A stretch of 63,086 nucleotides of DNA, the filler included, from Hyphochytrium catenoides (lineage: Eukaryota; Protista; Hyphochytriomycota): NCBI GenBank assembly GCA_900088475.1. It is 10 parts of 10 records of this genome, joined end to end, with 100 filler letters (N's around TTAATTAATTAA, not from the genome) between each part and the next. Parts side by side here need not be neighbours in the genome. Positions count along the whole stretch, not along the records: positions 49,348 to 50,821 come from FLMG01004196.1; positions 50,922 to 58,549 come from FLMG01002563.1; positions 58,650 to 61,656 come from FLMG01001864.1; positions 61,757 to 63,086 come from FLMG01000750.1; 6 more parts are not named here. The stretch is one strand, 5' to 3'. Position numbers and translations under genes: made by a program. The notes under the pieces are model-generated. The model saw only the letters and a list, made by a program, of their open reading frames with translations, was not told where the DNA came from and did not search any database. This document shows positions 49,982 to 61,903 of the stretch, one piece after another (position 1 is the stretch's first letter; each line of letters begins with the position of its first letter).

Positions 49982-50821
49982 TTTTTTGTCCTTGCCGTCG
50001 GTGGGAGGCTTTTTGCAGTCCTCTGCCATGTGACCAGGAGTGTCACAGTTCCAGCACTTCCCTTTTATCTTCCGAGGTTTCTGGAACTTTTTCTTCTTAT
50101 CTTTCTCCTCTCTCTCACTCGTGTCATTCGATGGCTTATTGGGAGGAACCTGCGTCTGCAAAGCTCGTTTCTCCTCGTCTTCAGCTTTCGCAGCTCTTTC
50201 TACTTCGACTTCTTCCATCAGCAGAGCTCCTTTGAGCGTTGAGAGAGTGATCGCGGTCTGACTATTAACAGTCAGAACCTTGGTGATGAGCCTGTACTCC
50301 TCCGGAAGACCCCGGATGACGTAGTTCACCACTGTGCTTTCATCAATCCTCTCTTCACCACCTTCAGAAGCTCGCGCATCATTCCTTTTGCTCGGGCAAT
50401 GTACTGATGGATGGTCTCGTCCTTGCGCTTCTTGATGTTCTGAAGATCGTCTCTGATCCTTATCGCTTCTGCTGGGCGAAGTTTCCCATACTCTTGCTTG
50501 AGTATATCCCATACCTAGGGCGCTGTCTTCACTCCGATAACATCAGAGAAGATTTCGGCGTAAGGGTGGAGAGAATGACGCCCTGCGCTGCATCACTTCT
50601 TCGCCTCCAGTCGGCCAGCTCTTTTGCTGCCTCCTTCGTTGACTCAACTCTGTTCTCTATATCAACAAAGGTTCTGGACCCGCTGGACTTGCAGCAGTTA
50701 GTCACTGAAACATGGCTGTGCAAACGACCATGGAGCATACATTGCAAACCGCGAGCATCCCCAAGCTTACCGGAAGGAACTTCCGCATCTGGAGGGAGCT
50801 GGTTATGCTCGCGCTGAAGCA
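49982..50821 (-). mobile_element. Second Copia fragment of the same family (gag UBN2-like region and Zn knuckle), inverted relative to the first
   Basis: 'W..RSDAAQGVILSTL..VWDILKQEYG..VIRGLPEEYRLI..LKGALLMEE..KCWNCDTPGHMAEDCKKPPTDGK' with in-frame stops. 49982-50170 is the near-identical reverse complement of 49348-49532. Confidence 0.92.
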
Positions 50822-50996
50822 NNNNNNNNNNNNNNNNNNNNNNNNNNNNNNNNNNNNNNNNNNNNTTAATTAATTAANNNNNNNNNNNNNNNNNNNNNNN
50901 NNNNNNNNNNNNNNNNNNNNNTCCTCTCTCTCTCTCTCTCTTTCTCTCTCTGTCTGTCTGCTGATCTTCCCGTGCGCCATACCTATGTTGCTGTAG

Positions 50997-52289
50997 AGGC
51001 TCATAAGCTCTCCATCTACGCTTGAAGCCCATTCGTACATCGCACTTTCTTCGTTGAAGTGTGCCTCTCTCCAGCTATTTTCTTTCTTCTTCTCTCCTCT
51101 CCCGCTCCCAATTCCAATCTTCTTTGGTCTCTTTGACTTTCTCTCGTTCATTCTCTACTCTCTTCTCTCTTGTCCTTTCTTCCATAGTCGCTGCTTTTTC
51201 CAATCTTTCTCCCCTCTCGTCTTTCTATCTTTTCTCTCTCTCTCTTTCTCTCCTTCTCCCTTTCCTCTCCCTCTCTCTCTTCTTTCTCTCATTTGTGTCT
51301 GTTGCCCTAGCGTGCACGTGATCAACGTGGCCCAGAATGGTGTTAGATTCACGGACAAGAAGCTGTCAGCGCTTTCCTCTCGCTTTCAGGAATTGCAGGC
51401 AGAATACGATGAACAGCAGGTACATTCTCCCGTCTCTCTCTCTCTCTCTCTTTCTTCCTTTGTCGCGTTCTCTCTCTCGCTGTCTGTGTAATTCTCGCTC
51501 GTTCTTCCTATGACCTGTTGCGCTGTATCTGTCCCTTTCTATCCCATATTCTCTTTCTATCTCTTGCTGTCTATTTTCAGAAGGTTGAACCTCTCTCTCT
51601 TTCTTTCTCTTACTCTCTCTCTCTCTCTCTGTCTTATCTCTCTTTCCCTTCTAGTACTCTACTATCCTGTTTGTTCTAGAACTAACTACGTTTCTAACTC
51701 TCTTTCTCTCTTTCTTGTCCTCCTTCTCTCTCTCTCTCTCTCTCTCTCTCTTTTGGCAGAGCGGTCTCCTGAAGGCTGCGGTGGAGGTCGCCTCTACTTA
51801 TGTTCCGGTTATCGAATCNNNNNNNNNNNNNNNNNNNNNNNNNNNNNNNNNNNNNNNNNNNNNNNNNNNNNNNNNNNNNNNNNNNNNNNNNNNNNNNNNN
51901 NNNNNNNNNNNNNNNNNNNNTGTCTCTCTTTCTCTCCCGCTCTCTCTCTTTCTCTCCCGCGCATCTTTCTTTCTCTCTATCTCTCTATCTCTATCTCTAT
52001 CTCTCTCCCACCCTCTCTCTCTCACTTGTTCTCTCCCTCTTTGCTCTCTCTCTCTCTTTCCCTCTCTCTCTCATCTCATGGTCCTCTCTCTGTGTCTCTG
52101 CGTCCCCTCTGTTGTCGCAACGCTTATTTGTTCTTTTTACTATACCTATCTCTTCTTCCTGTCTTGCTGCTCTCTCTCCCTTTAGAACTCTCTCTGCTTT
52201 GCTCTTCTTTCAATCCCTGTTCTTCTCCCTCCACTCCCCGTCCAATCGTCTCTTTCCCAAGGGATAACTCTATATTTTACATTCTTAGC

Positions 52290-52339
<50 letters not shown>

Positions 52340-52557
52340 TTTTTCCCCCTCGCACGTCCCGTCTCTTAGCTTTGGTCACGCTGCTGCGTACACTGGCGAG
52401 GGCTATTGCCGTCCAGTTATGAGAGCGATGGGAGAGGGAGACATGACAGTGAAGAGAGGCAGACATCCTTGCCTTGAGCTGCAGGAAGGGGTCAACTTCA
52501 TTCCTAATGACTACTGGTAAGAGAGAGGAGAGAGAAAGTGTGTGCGAGAGGGAGAGC

Positions 52558-52621
<64 letters not shown>

Positions 52622-53843
52622 TTAGGGAGATGATGGAGGGTGGGGTTCTATAACAGAGAGAGAGAGAGAGAGAGTGACTGAGAACTTGTGGACAAATAGA
52701 AGCAGAGGAAGCGTATGAGGAAGACGGATAGGAGGGAGACTCCAAAAAGGAAAGAAAGAGAAAGAGACATAAACGTGTTTGTGGAGACAGAGAGACTTTC
52801 GTTTCGCTTGGACAGAAACCTTGGAGAAGGGAAGGGAAAGAATAAAGACAGAATTCTGAAGCAACGTTGGGTTTGAAGAGAGAAGGAAGAGGGACAGAGG
52901 AGAAGGGGAAGAAAAAAGGAGTTGAATGAGATAGTCACCTGAAAGGAGAGAGATACAAAGGGAGAATGAGAGAGAGAGAGAGAGAAAGAAGAAGAAGTGA
53001 CGAATCCACTGTCTGCTATCTGGCCCACATGCCGCCTCACGCTGTGGCTCTTCGGCCTTTCACTTTCTCTCTCTCCCTCGTCTCTCACCCCTTTCTTTTT
53101 TTGTTCTCTGTGCAGCCTGGAGCGAGGAAAGTCTCAGCTCCAGATCATCACAGGCCCAAACATGTAAGATCTTCTTCTTCTCTCTCCTCTCTCTCTCTCT
53201 CCTCTGCCTCCCTCTCTCTCTCTCTGTCTCGCTCTCTCCTCTCTCTCTCTCGCGCGCGCTCTCTAACTGTCTCTCTCACTCTCTCGCTCTCTCTTACTCT
53301 CTCTCTCTCTCTCTATACTTAGTATCCGTTGCTTCACAAGAGTGGCTAGAGTTGGACCTTTCTTGTTTTCTCGCACGCATCCTTTGGGTTCTGCATGAAC
53401 TTTCTTCTCTCTCTCTTAATGCTCTCGCTGTTCCCAACTGTCTCGGGCGTCTGTCTCTCTCTCCCTCTCTCTCTCCCTCTCTATCAATCCCCCTCTCTTC
53501 TTTTACTTCTTTATCTCCCTTCTTGCTCTCTCTTTTCTTTTCCTCTTTTCATAGCCTACTGGGCTCTGACTCTCTCACTCTCTCGCTCTTTATCTCTCTC
53601 TCTCTCTCTCCATTTTCTCTCTCTCTCTCTCTCTCTCCTTCCCTTCAGGGGCGGCAAGTCCACGTACATTCGTGAGTTAGGTTCTCTCCTGGTGATGGCG
53701 CAGATTGGCTCCTTTATCCCCGCAGAAAGCGCGGAGCTCTGTGTCGTGGACCGCGTGCTCTGTCGCGTGGGAGCGGGAGATGTGCAGCTCAAGGGCGTCA
53801 GTACCTTCATGGCGGAGATGATAGAGGCTGGCGTCATCCTGCA

Positions 53844-53885
<42 letters not shown>

Positions 53886-54424
53886 AGAGAGACACAGAGA
53901 GACACAGAGAGACACAGTGAGAGAGAGATTGAGAGAGACAGAGCCTGACACGGAGAGAGAAAGGGAGAGTGACAGAGAGAGACGGAGAGAGAGGGGGAGA
54001 AAGTGAGAAAGAGAGAGAGTTTATGGCGGTGACTGGGGGAGGCAGAGAGGGGAGGGCACCAGAAGAAAGTGGCAAGGAGACAAAGAGAGAGAATCACGGC
54101 AAGAAAACGAAGGAGGGATGAGGAAAACATTAACGTCGCGAGGGAGAGAGAGAGGATTAGCTTGCGAAAGAGAGAGGAGTGGAAAACGAGCGATTCCTTC
54201 TCGGGAACTGACTGCTCGTTTCTCTCTTCCCTCTTCCTTCCCTCCCTCGGCCTGTGTTTCTCGGTCTCTCCTTCTCTCTCATTTGTTGCCGACCACAGAG
54301 CGCAACAGCTAACAGTCTGGTGATCATCGATGAACTTGGGAGAGGAACCTCGACATACGATGGCTTNNNNNNNNNNNNNNNNNNNNNNNNNNNNNNNNNN
54401 NNNNNNNNNNNNNNNNNNNNNNNN

Positions 54425-54463
<39 letters not shown>

Positions 54464-55161
54464 GAGTGCTTGTTCCTATGGTCTTGACATTCTGTAATAC
54501 ATCTTTGAAAGAGAGGGTTCTTTCTTTATCTCTCTTTCTTTCTCTCTCCTGTTCCTTTTCTGTCTCTCTCTCTCTCTTTCTCTTACCTGAAATTCCTAAT
54601 ACCCTTCTTTACTTCTCTTCAACCTTCTCTCTCTCTCTCTCTGTAGGCCTCGCCTGGTCTATCGCGGAGACTATTGCCCAAGACATCAGTTGCTTCTGTC
54701 TCTTTGCCACACATTTCCACGAGCTCACCACGCTGGCGGACAAAGAGAGAGAGAGAGAAGAGAGAGAAAGAGAAGAAGGACCGACCGGGGAGAGAAAGAA
54801 AGGAAGAGGCGGCGGCGTGGTGAACAAACATGTCAGGGCAGACACTTCGGAAGGGAAGATTTCTATGATGTACGAGGTACATCCAGGACCTTGCCTCCGT
54901 TCCTATGGAATCTTTGTGGCAGAGCTGGCACATTTCCCCTCTTCTGTCATAGAAACAGCGAAGAGAAAGGCTCAAGAGCTGGAGAACTTTGAAGAGAGAG
55001 TGAGCAAAGAGGAGGAGAGAGAAGAAGAGAGAGAGAGAGAAAGAGAGGGAGGAAGAAGATGCCGCCCTAGGCTTCTCTTGGAAGACTTTGCGGGACGGCA
55101 GTTTGAAGGAAAGAGCAAAGAGGAGATTCTTCAATCTTGCAGAGCTCTCATTGCTGGTTAA
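50997..55161 (+). CDS. MSH2: DNA mismatch repair protein MSH2, C-terminal part, multi-exon
   Basis: '[10 protein letters not shown]', '[18 protein letters not shown]', 'QIITGPNM|GGKSTYIR', 'MAQIGSFIP', '[19 protein letters not shown]', '[18 protein letters not shown]|GLAW', 'FATHFHELT' and '[22 protein letters not shown]'; stop at 55161. Confidence 0.97.
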
Positions 55162-55527
55162 TGTACTAATTTGGAAAAGGAGAGAGAGACAAAGAGAGAG
55201 AGAGACAAAGAGAGAGAGAGACAGAGAGAGAGAAAGGGGGTGGGAGGAGAGAGGATGGAGAGAGAAAGTGGATGCAATTTCTCTGGGGGAAAGCAGAGGG
55301 AGATCTCTCTGCTAGCTAATAGTCTTAGCTAATAAATATTCCTGTCACGAGTGTTGTCTATCTTCTTGGTTTAAAGACGGGTCTCTCCTTTCTTCTCTCT
55401 CTCTCTCACTTTCATTCTCTCTCTCTCTCTCTCATTGTCGCCTTCACACTCTGCGTGGTAATTGAAGGTCATCAAGCTTCCTCTTTCTTCCCTTAACTTC
55501 TTTACTGTGCACACCTGTCTCTCTCTG

Positions 55528-55567
<40 letters not shown>

Positions 55568-55586
55568 TTCCTTTATCACCTTATCC

Positions 55587-57112
55587 TCATTGTTCTGTTG
55601 ATTCTCCCTCAAAATTCTCCAGCACTTCCTCTCTCCCGCTGGTGTTTCCTTCTTCTGAGACTCTCGTGTGCCTCTCTTCTCTCTCTCGTGCCTCTCTCTC
55701 TTCTTCACACCATTCAATAAACGTGGAAGGGAACCATCCAGTCTCTCCTGTCTCTTCTCTTCTTCCCAGCCACCAGCCTGATGGCTCCATATGCAGAACA
55801 GAGAGAGTCTCTCCCTCCTGCAGGCGCAACTCGCTCTCTTCTTCTCTCTCATAGTCTCCTAGCACTCTCACTCTCCCGATGGAAGGGAGATAGAGAGCGG
55901 ACACCTCTCTCTCTTCTTCCTGCTTGCTGTCTTCTCTCTCTTCCACTTTCTCTCCGTCTGGAGTTTCTCTTTCATCTAGAGAAAGGACCTCACAGTAGGA
56001 AGAGGGAAACCACCCAGAGGATGTGGAAGTCGGTGTAGAGAGAGTCTCTTCTTCTCTCTCTCTTTCCCCCGTCTCTCTCTCTCCTTTTTCTTCTCTCTCC
56101 TCTCCTCCTTTTTCTCTCTCTCTCTCTTTTCTCCTGCCATACCACCAGCCCGACTCATCCTCATGAAGAACCTCTATTATCTCTCCAGGAGAGAGAGAGA
56201 TCTGGTTCGGTTCCTCTGCTTTGTATTCTGCTTTGGCTCTGAGGAAGAGAGGAGCCGAAGATATGGAAGGAGAGACCAGAAAGAGTTGTTCTTCTCTCTC
56301 TTCGTGCCCCTCTCTCTCTCTCGCTGTAAAGTTGTCGAGGTCGCTTGGATCTTTGATAGAGAAGACGTCGTCCTCTCCAACAGTCTCTCCCTCGTCGAGA
56401 GAGAGCCAATCTTCGTCTTGAATAGCATTTTCCGCAACATTTCCTGTCACGCCTTCCTCTCTCTCTCTCTGTTCTTCTCTCTCTTCTCTCTTTTTGGCTG
56501 TCTCTTGGCTTTCTTGTGAGTCTTTCAAGAAGACCTGGGCGAATTGATACCGAAGTCTCTCTCTTGCCTGTTCGAGCCAGAGAAGAAGGAGAAGAGTGTG
56601 GGAGAAGCTGAGGTTCTCTTCGTTTCCTCGTCGCCATCTCTCTCTTGTCTCTCTCTCTTTTCCACTTCTCTCTTCTCTCTCTCTCTCCAAGATTTCCTGG
56701 CAGCTGCTCAGCCAGAGGCCGAGGTGAGAGTCATACCAAGCCGGAAGGTCCAGGTCATATTGCCAGCGATGGAGAAGTAAGAAGGGAGAGAGAGAACCTG
56801 TAATACGTGTAAAGCAAGAGAGAGAGAGAGAGAGCGAGGAGTTAAGAGGATTGAAGATCAACTAAAACCAACGGAAGAGAGGGACAGAGACAACGAGACA
56901 CAGAGAGAGGAAACGAGGAACAGAGAGTGAGAGAGAGAGAGTGAGAGCGAGAGAGAGAGAGAGAGAGAGAAGGACTATCAACCAGTGCAGGCAAACAGCC
57001 AGAGACGGATTTCAGATATTCACTAACAGCTCCTGTCAAAGGCGAAGGCGGAGGACACTACGTCAAGACAGTGAGAAGAACAGAAAAGAGACAGAGACAG
57101 AAACACACACAG

Positions 57113-57146
<34 letters not shown>

Positions 57147-58432
57147 GGGAGAGAGAGCGGAGGCACGTACATGGACAGAAGAAAGAAGAGCGCGAGACAG
57201 AGTGATGCAGTAGAAAGAGAGGAAGCAAGAACGAGAGAAGAAGGAGGAAAGGGAGAATTCAAAGAGAGATGTCGACAGGGAGAGGAGAGAGAGACAATGG
57301 GAGAGAGAGATACTGAGAGAATAGAAGGGTAAAGAGAGTCACCTTCTGAGCCCGCTTCTAGATGGGAAAGAGAAACCGAAGAAGAATGGGAGAGAGAAGA
57401 CTGGCCCCTGGGAGAAAAAGAGAGTATCAGCATCGAGGAGCTGCGACAGAGAGAGCGACAGACAAACAGAGAAAGGAGACAGAGCGAGACAGAACGGCTC
57501 CTCCGACAGAAGAAATTTCAGAAAGAGGGAGAAGGAGAAGGAAAGGTCCGATCTAATTCTATTCAAAGCTGGCCATGGATCAGTCTTGAAAGCAAGAGAT
57601 AATGTAAAAGAATGAATACACACACAACGACACACACACACAAAGAGAGAGAGAGAGTGAGAGAGAGAGAAGAGAGAGAGAAGAGAGAGAGAAGAGAGAG
57701 AGAAGAGGGAGAAAGAAAGAGAGAGAGAAAAGAGAGAGAGAGAGAGGGAGGAGAGAGCAAGAAAAAGAAGACAGAGAGCAACGGAGAGCAACAGAGAAAT
57801 GATATAAGCTCTCTCGAAAAGAGACAGAGGTGTATACCTGTTCTCTTTTGCGATGGTAGAGACAGACTCAGTAGGAGAGGAACAAACATTTCCCTCTCTC
57901 TCCACTTTCAGCCATTCTTCCACTTCGAGCTCCGCACTCGTTGGTCTCTTCCTCCAATCAATTGCAAAGCAGCGAGAGAGAAAAGAGTGACATTGAAGAG
58001 AGAGAAAAGGAGGGACAGGAGGCCCTTCTTTTGCCGTAGCAATGTAGTACATTGCAGAGAGAGGGTTCGAAAACTCGTGCTAGGGAAAGGAACGCAGACA
58101 GAGATACATTGAGAAGGAGAGAGAGAGGAGAGAGAAAGAGAGAGAGATGAAAGAAGAGAGTCCAACGAGGAGAAGGACGAGACGGGTAGAACGAGGGCGG
58201 GGGAAGAGGGAGGAACGAGAAAGAGTAAGCAATAGGGAAAGACAGACAATTCTCTTTTATCGACGGAGCCTCTCAAGCAGCCGTCTCTCTCTCACCCAAC
58301 TGTTCTCTTTCTTTGATCTGTTTCTCTCGCCCTTCCTCCTCTGGTCACAGTCACTTCTCTGCCCACACCTTTCCTTCCTTTCTAGCTTTCAGCTTGTTCC
58401 CTTGGCTCCCTTTGACCTTTCTCACTCCCCTT

Positions 58433-58463
<31 letters not shown>

Positions 58464-58549
58464 CATCTCTCTCTTTTTCTCTCTCCCCTTCTCTCTCTCT
58501 CTTTCTCTCTTCCCCCTTCTCTTACCCAGGGCGGTCTCCCTGTGACCAT
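55587..58549 (-). CDS. STE11/MAP3K-type protein kinase (C-lobe visible) fused to two C-terminal SH3 domains, 5' part missing
   Basis: Exon 58526-58549 'MVTGRPPW' splices to exon 57838-58079 'HEFSNPLSAMYYIA..PPVPPFLS..SFLSRCF..DWRKRPTSAEL'. The last exon has 'AKAEYKAEEPNQISLSPGEIIEVL..ESGWWYG..GWFPSSYC' and 'VLGDYEREEESELRLQEGETLSVL..SGWWLG..GWFPSTFI'. Linking exons are only partly resolved. Confidence 0.82.
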
Positions 58550-58649
58550 NNNNNNNNNNNNNNNNNNNNNNNNNNNNNNNNNNNNNNNNNNNNTTAATTA
58601 ATTAANNNNNNNNNNNNNNNNNNNNNNNNNNNNNNNNNNNNNNNNNNNN

Positions 58650-59486
58650 GCAATTGACGATGAGATCTTCCCCTGTCAGCTGCCTGGAGCCAATAGCCCA
58701 TCGTAACTCTGTGCCGCCTTTGAAGACCTTAAGAACCATGCTGGCGGAGAGCAACGAGTAGAGCAATAGCCCAAACAAGTATGCCCAAAAGTTGCTTGAA
58801 GGCCGTCGGAAGCGATAATGATGGCAGTCTGCTACGGGCCCGCCAGCAAATCCCTGCAGTAGCCCAGTAGACGCCAAGAACGTGCCGCGGAGGCCGCCAA
58901 GCATGACAGCTACCAGGACCCAGAGGCACACGGCCAGACTATAGAGTGCCCAGAATTGGGCTGACATTGTCGCCTTCTTTAGCAGTGACGGGTTGATACT
59001 CAGCATGAGCTGCACGACGCCCGGCAGGATTCCAACGGCTGCAAAGATGGAAATGTAGGCACCAGGAACCTCTCCGAAGAGTAAGGCAGCAGCCAGGCAA
59101 CCGATGGAGAGGTTATAGAAGAAAACAGTCAACTGCACGATATGTCTGTGCCTCCTTAACAGGCAGAAGTACTCTGAATGCCTTCGAGGACCGAAGAGCC
59201 GTGCACAGATAGAGTCATTGAAGTCCACCATCATAGATCCCACACGCTCCTCTTCCTCAGTGTCCCAAAGAGGCGCTATCGTCCAGCGACAAATGTCTTG
59301 GACCTCCTCCTTCTGCTGCAGGAAAGTTTCTTCTCTACTGCTGCTGGGAGTATCTCTTTCTTCTTCTCCCTTGATCTCTTCCTTCCCTGCCGCTGGTCCC
59401 ATCCTTGAGAGGCTTGACTTCGTATCAGTCGTGCTGACATCGCTCGCCACGGTTGATGGCTGGTGCTCGGCTAACACCTGTGCCAT
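58650..59486 (-). CDS. Multi-pass membrane protein of unknown function, 3' truncated
   Basis: Long non-repetitive ORF with a hydrophilic N-terminus and at least five hydrophobic segments (e.g. 'SAQFWALYSLAVCLWVLVAVMLG'). Confidence 0.75.
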
Positions 59487-59921
59487 CTTCGCATAAGGGT
59501 ATGATCTTATTCCTCTCAGAACATCTCTACGGTCATGATGAAGTCTGCCGTCGATGCCTACTTCCTACGTCGTCTTTCTCCACCAGCCTCCTCCTGGTTC
59601 TGAGCCCTGTTCTCCATCGGAGCATCATCGTCGTCTTCTCTCCTAGTAGTTCTTTGGCGCTTTATTGGCCATCACTCGCGCTGAAGGTGTGGCGCTCTAG
59701 TATACCTCGTACTGATATCCTCACGGCCGCCAAGTTGTTGGTGCGTGCGGCTCTATGGAAGGCTGAAGAAGGGCCGACCGACCAACATGCACGAGCAACC
59801 TCTTCTTACTTGCCGATGATGCTATTAGTCATGACAACAGACAGCCAAGAGGAGAGAGAGAGACGGAGACGACAAGGGAAGCAACAAAATGTCATAAGAG
59901 GAGAGAGAGAGAATAGAGAGA

Positions 59922-59968
<47 letters not shown>

Positions 59969-60836
59969 CTGCTGCAGGTGGGGCAACCTGCAGACAGAGA
60001 GAGCAACATCTTTCCCGTTGCGCCTTTCAGTAGGGAAGAAGGCAATCAGCTGTTTATTCGGTAAAAGCGCGGCGGAGACAGACTCATAAGGAGAGACGTT
60101 ACAAGAGCTAAACCCCGGCCACCCGGAGTCCAGACGTTTCCCTCCATCACGACTCTTAGTAAAAGAAGCTGAAGAAGCTAGGGGTCACCCCCCCAGGGAT
60201 TAACCTTCAGCCTATGACGTTTTCCCTTGTTTGGTGGGGTCTTCCCCCCCCCCTCCATACATTTCCACTCTCTCTCTCTCTCTCTATCCCCTTTCTCTCT
60301 TTCTCCCTCTCTCTGTCTCTCTCTCCCACACATTTTCTCCCCCCTGCCCCTTGCCAACCCTCTCTTTCAGGCTCTCTCCTCTCTTTCAACCTGACCATCT
60401 CTTCTTTCATCCTCTTTCTCTGTCTATCTCTCCTTTTTTCCATCTGATGACCATCTTCCACCATCCTCTCTGTCGGTCACTATCCACCATTCTCTCCTCT
60501 CTCCTTTCCTTGTTGTTGGCTTCCCTCTTCTCTCAGTCTCAAGCTTTGTCTCTCACTCTTCATTCGCGCCCTCAAGCTCCTCTCCCCTCGCTCTTCGTAA
60601 GGATCTTCCGGGCCTTAGTGGTTCCCATCGCGTTTCTCTCTGTCTCCAAAGCATCAGCGCTCTCTACTATATAGTGCCACACTCACGGCCATGCACCTGC
60701 TCACCTGCTTGAAGCCGCCAGCGGTGAGAGAAGAAGAAAGACACTATCCGCTGCAAGCTTTGATTCACACTTCCTCCTTCTAGCAGACAGAGCTTCCTCA
60801 TCTCTCTCTCTCTCTCTCTCTCTCTTCCTCTCTCTC

Positions 60837-60871
<35 letters not shown>

Positions 60872-61069
60872 TAAAGCCGCATGGTCTCTTCAACTTAGCG
60901 CTAATGACGGCTCTTCCTCACTTTATCTAGGCCAAGGAACCAAGCAAGACTGCTTATTAGAAGTAGCAGATCCAATAGGAAGGTCTGACATCAGGGCCAA
61001 GCTCCTTCATCCTCTCGCTCTGCTACGCGTTGCTTTGGGCCTCCTACAGGCCGGTCTCCCAACCATAAG

Positions 61070-61656
61070 ATGGAGCTCAGCGTCAGCATATCGCGAGAGA
61101 GCCTTAAACTTCTTGAGCAGCTGTCAAGGACGCAGCAGGAACCTCTGACAGGAGCAGCAGTCACGCCTCGTGAGAAACTGAGACAGGTTCATCCCATCGT
61201 CCAGGCGGTGAACTTAGCTGGGACCCAAGAAGAATTGTCTCAAATCCTTGAGGAAGTCTCTGCCATCCTCGCTAGGAACGTCGCCCTCCTTCTTCAGCAG
61301 CAGAAGAGCTCAAGAGCTGCTGCTGGCACCACAATGTCTAGGGCAGCCGGGCCCAGCCTTGGAGAAGAAGAGGGCACTGATATGCCACAGGATGATGCAA
61401 GAGAAAAGAGTCGGACAAGGCAGAGGTATATCCTTGTGGCTGTGGACGGATGTCTGGACTTATCTCAGCTCGGCGGAGGGAGAGAGAGTCTCATGCAAGC
61501 TGCCGTAGGAAGACGTTGTCCCGCCGATGTCCTGTCCTGGTTCTGCCAGGCTCTGGGCTATGACAAGCTTCTGTGGGCCTCATATCTATTCTTTCTCCTC
61601 GGCTACTGCGTAGGCTTCTTCCTGGAGCTGTCGGGTGCTCAGCGGAACCTGACGAG
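61070..61656 (+). CDS. Probable membrane protein, 3' truncated, possible paralog of the 59486 gene
   Basis: Non-repetitive ATG-initiated ORF with a soluble N-terminus, then 'RESLMQAAVGRR..WFCQAL' and a TM 'LLWASYLFFLLGYCVGFFL'. Confidence 0.65.
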
Positions 61657-61903
61657 NNNNNNNNNNNNNNNNNNNNNNNNNNNNNNNNNNNNNNNNNNNN
61701 TTAATTAATTAANNNNNNNNNNNNNNNNNNNNNNNNNNNNNNNNNNNNNNNNNNNNAGAGAGAGAGAGAGAGAAGAGAGAAAGGCACGGGGCTCACATCA
61801 TCCATGTTGTAGTTCTCAGGGTTATTTAAGATAGTGGATGATCTTCTCCCAGCATTCTTGAGGCAAACCCTTGCTCTCTCTCCCCCTTTCGACTGTCTCA
61901 ACT

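Noticed and set aside
297-60870. Hundreds of SLSLSL or ERERER ORFs in the track
   Set aside because: They are stop-free translations of CT/GA microsatellites, mostly intronic or antisense.
24170-61756. Nine recurring TTAATTAATTAA palindromes flanked by Ns
   Set aside because: These are artificial contig-joining linkers with stops in all frames. Gene adjacency across them is not biological.
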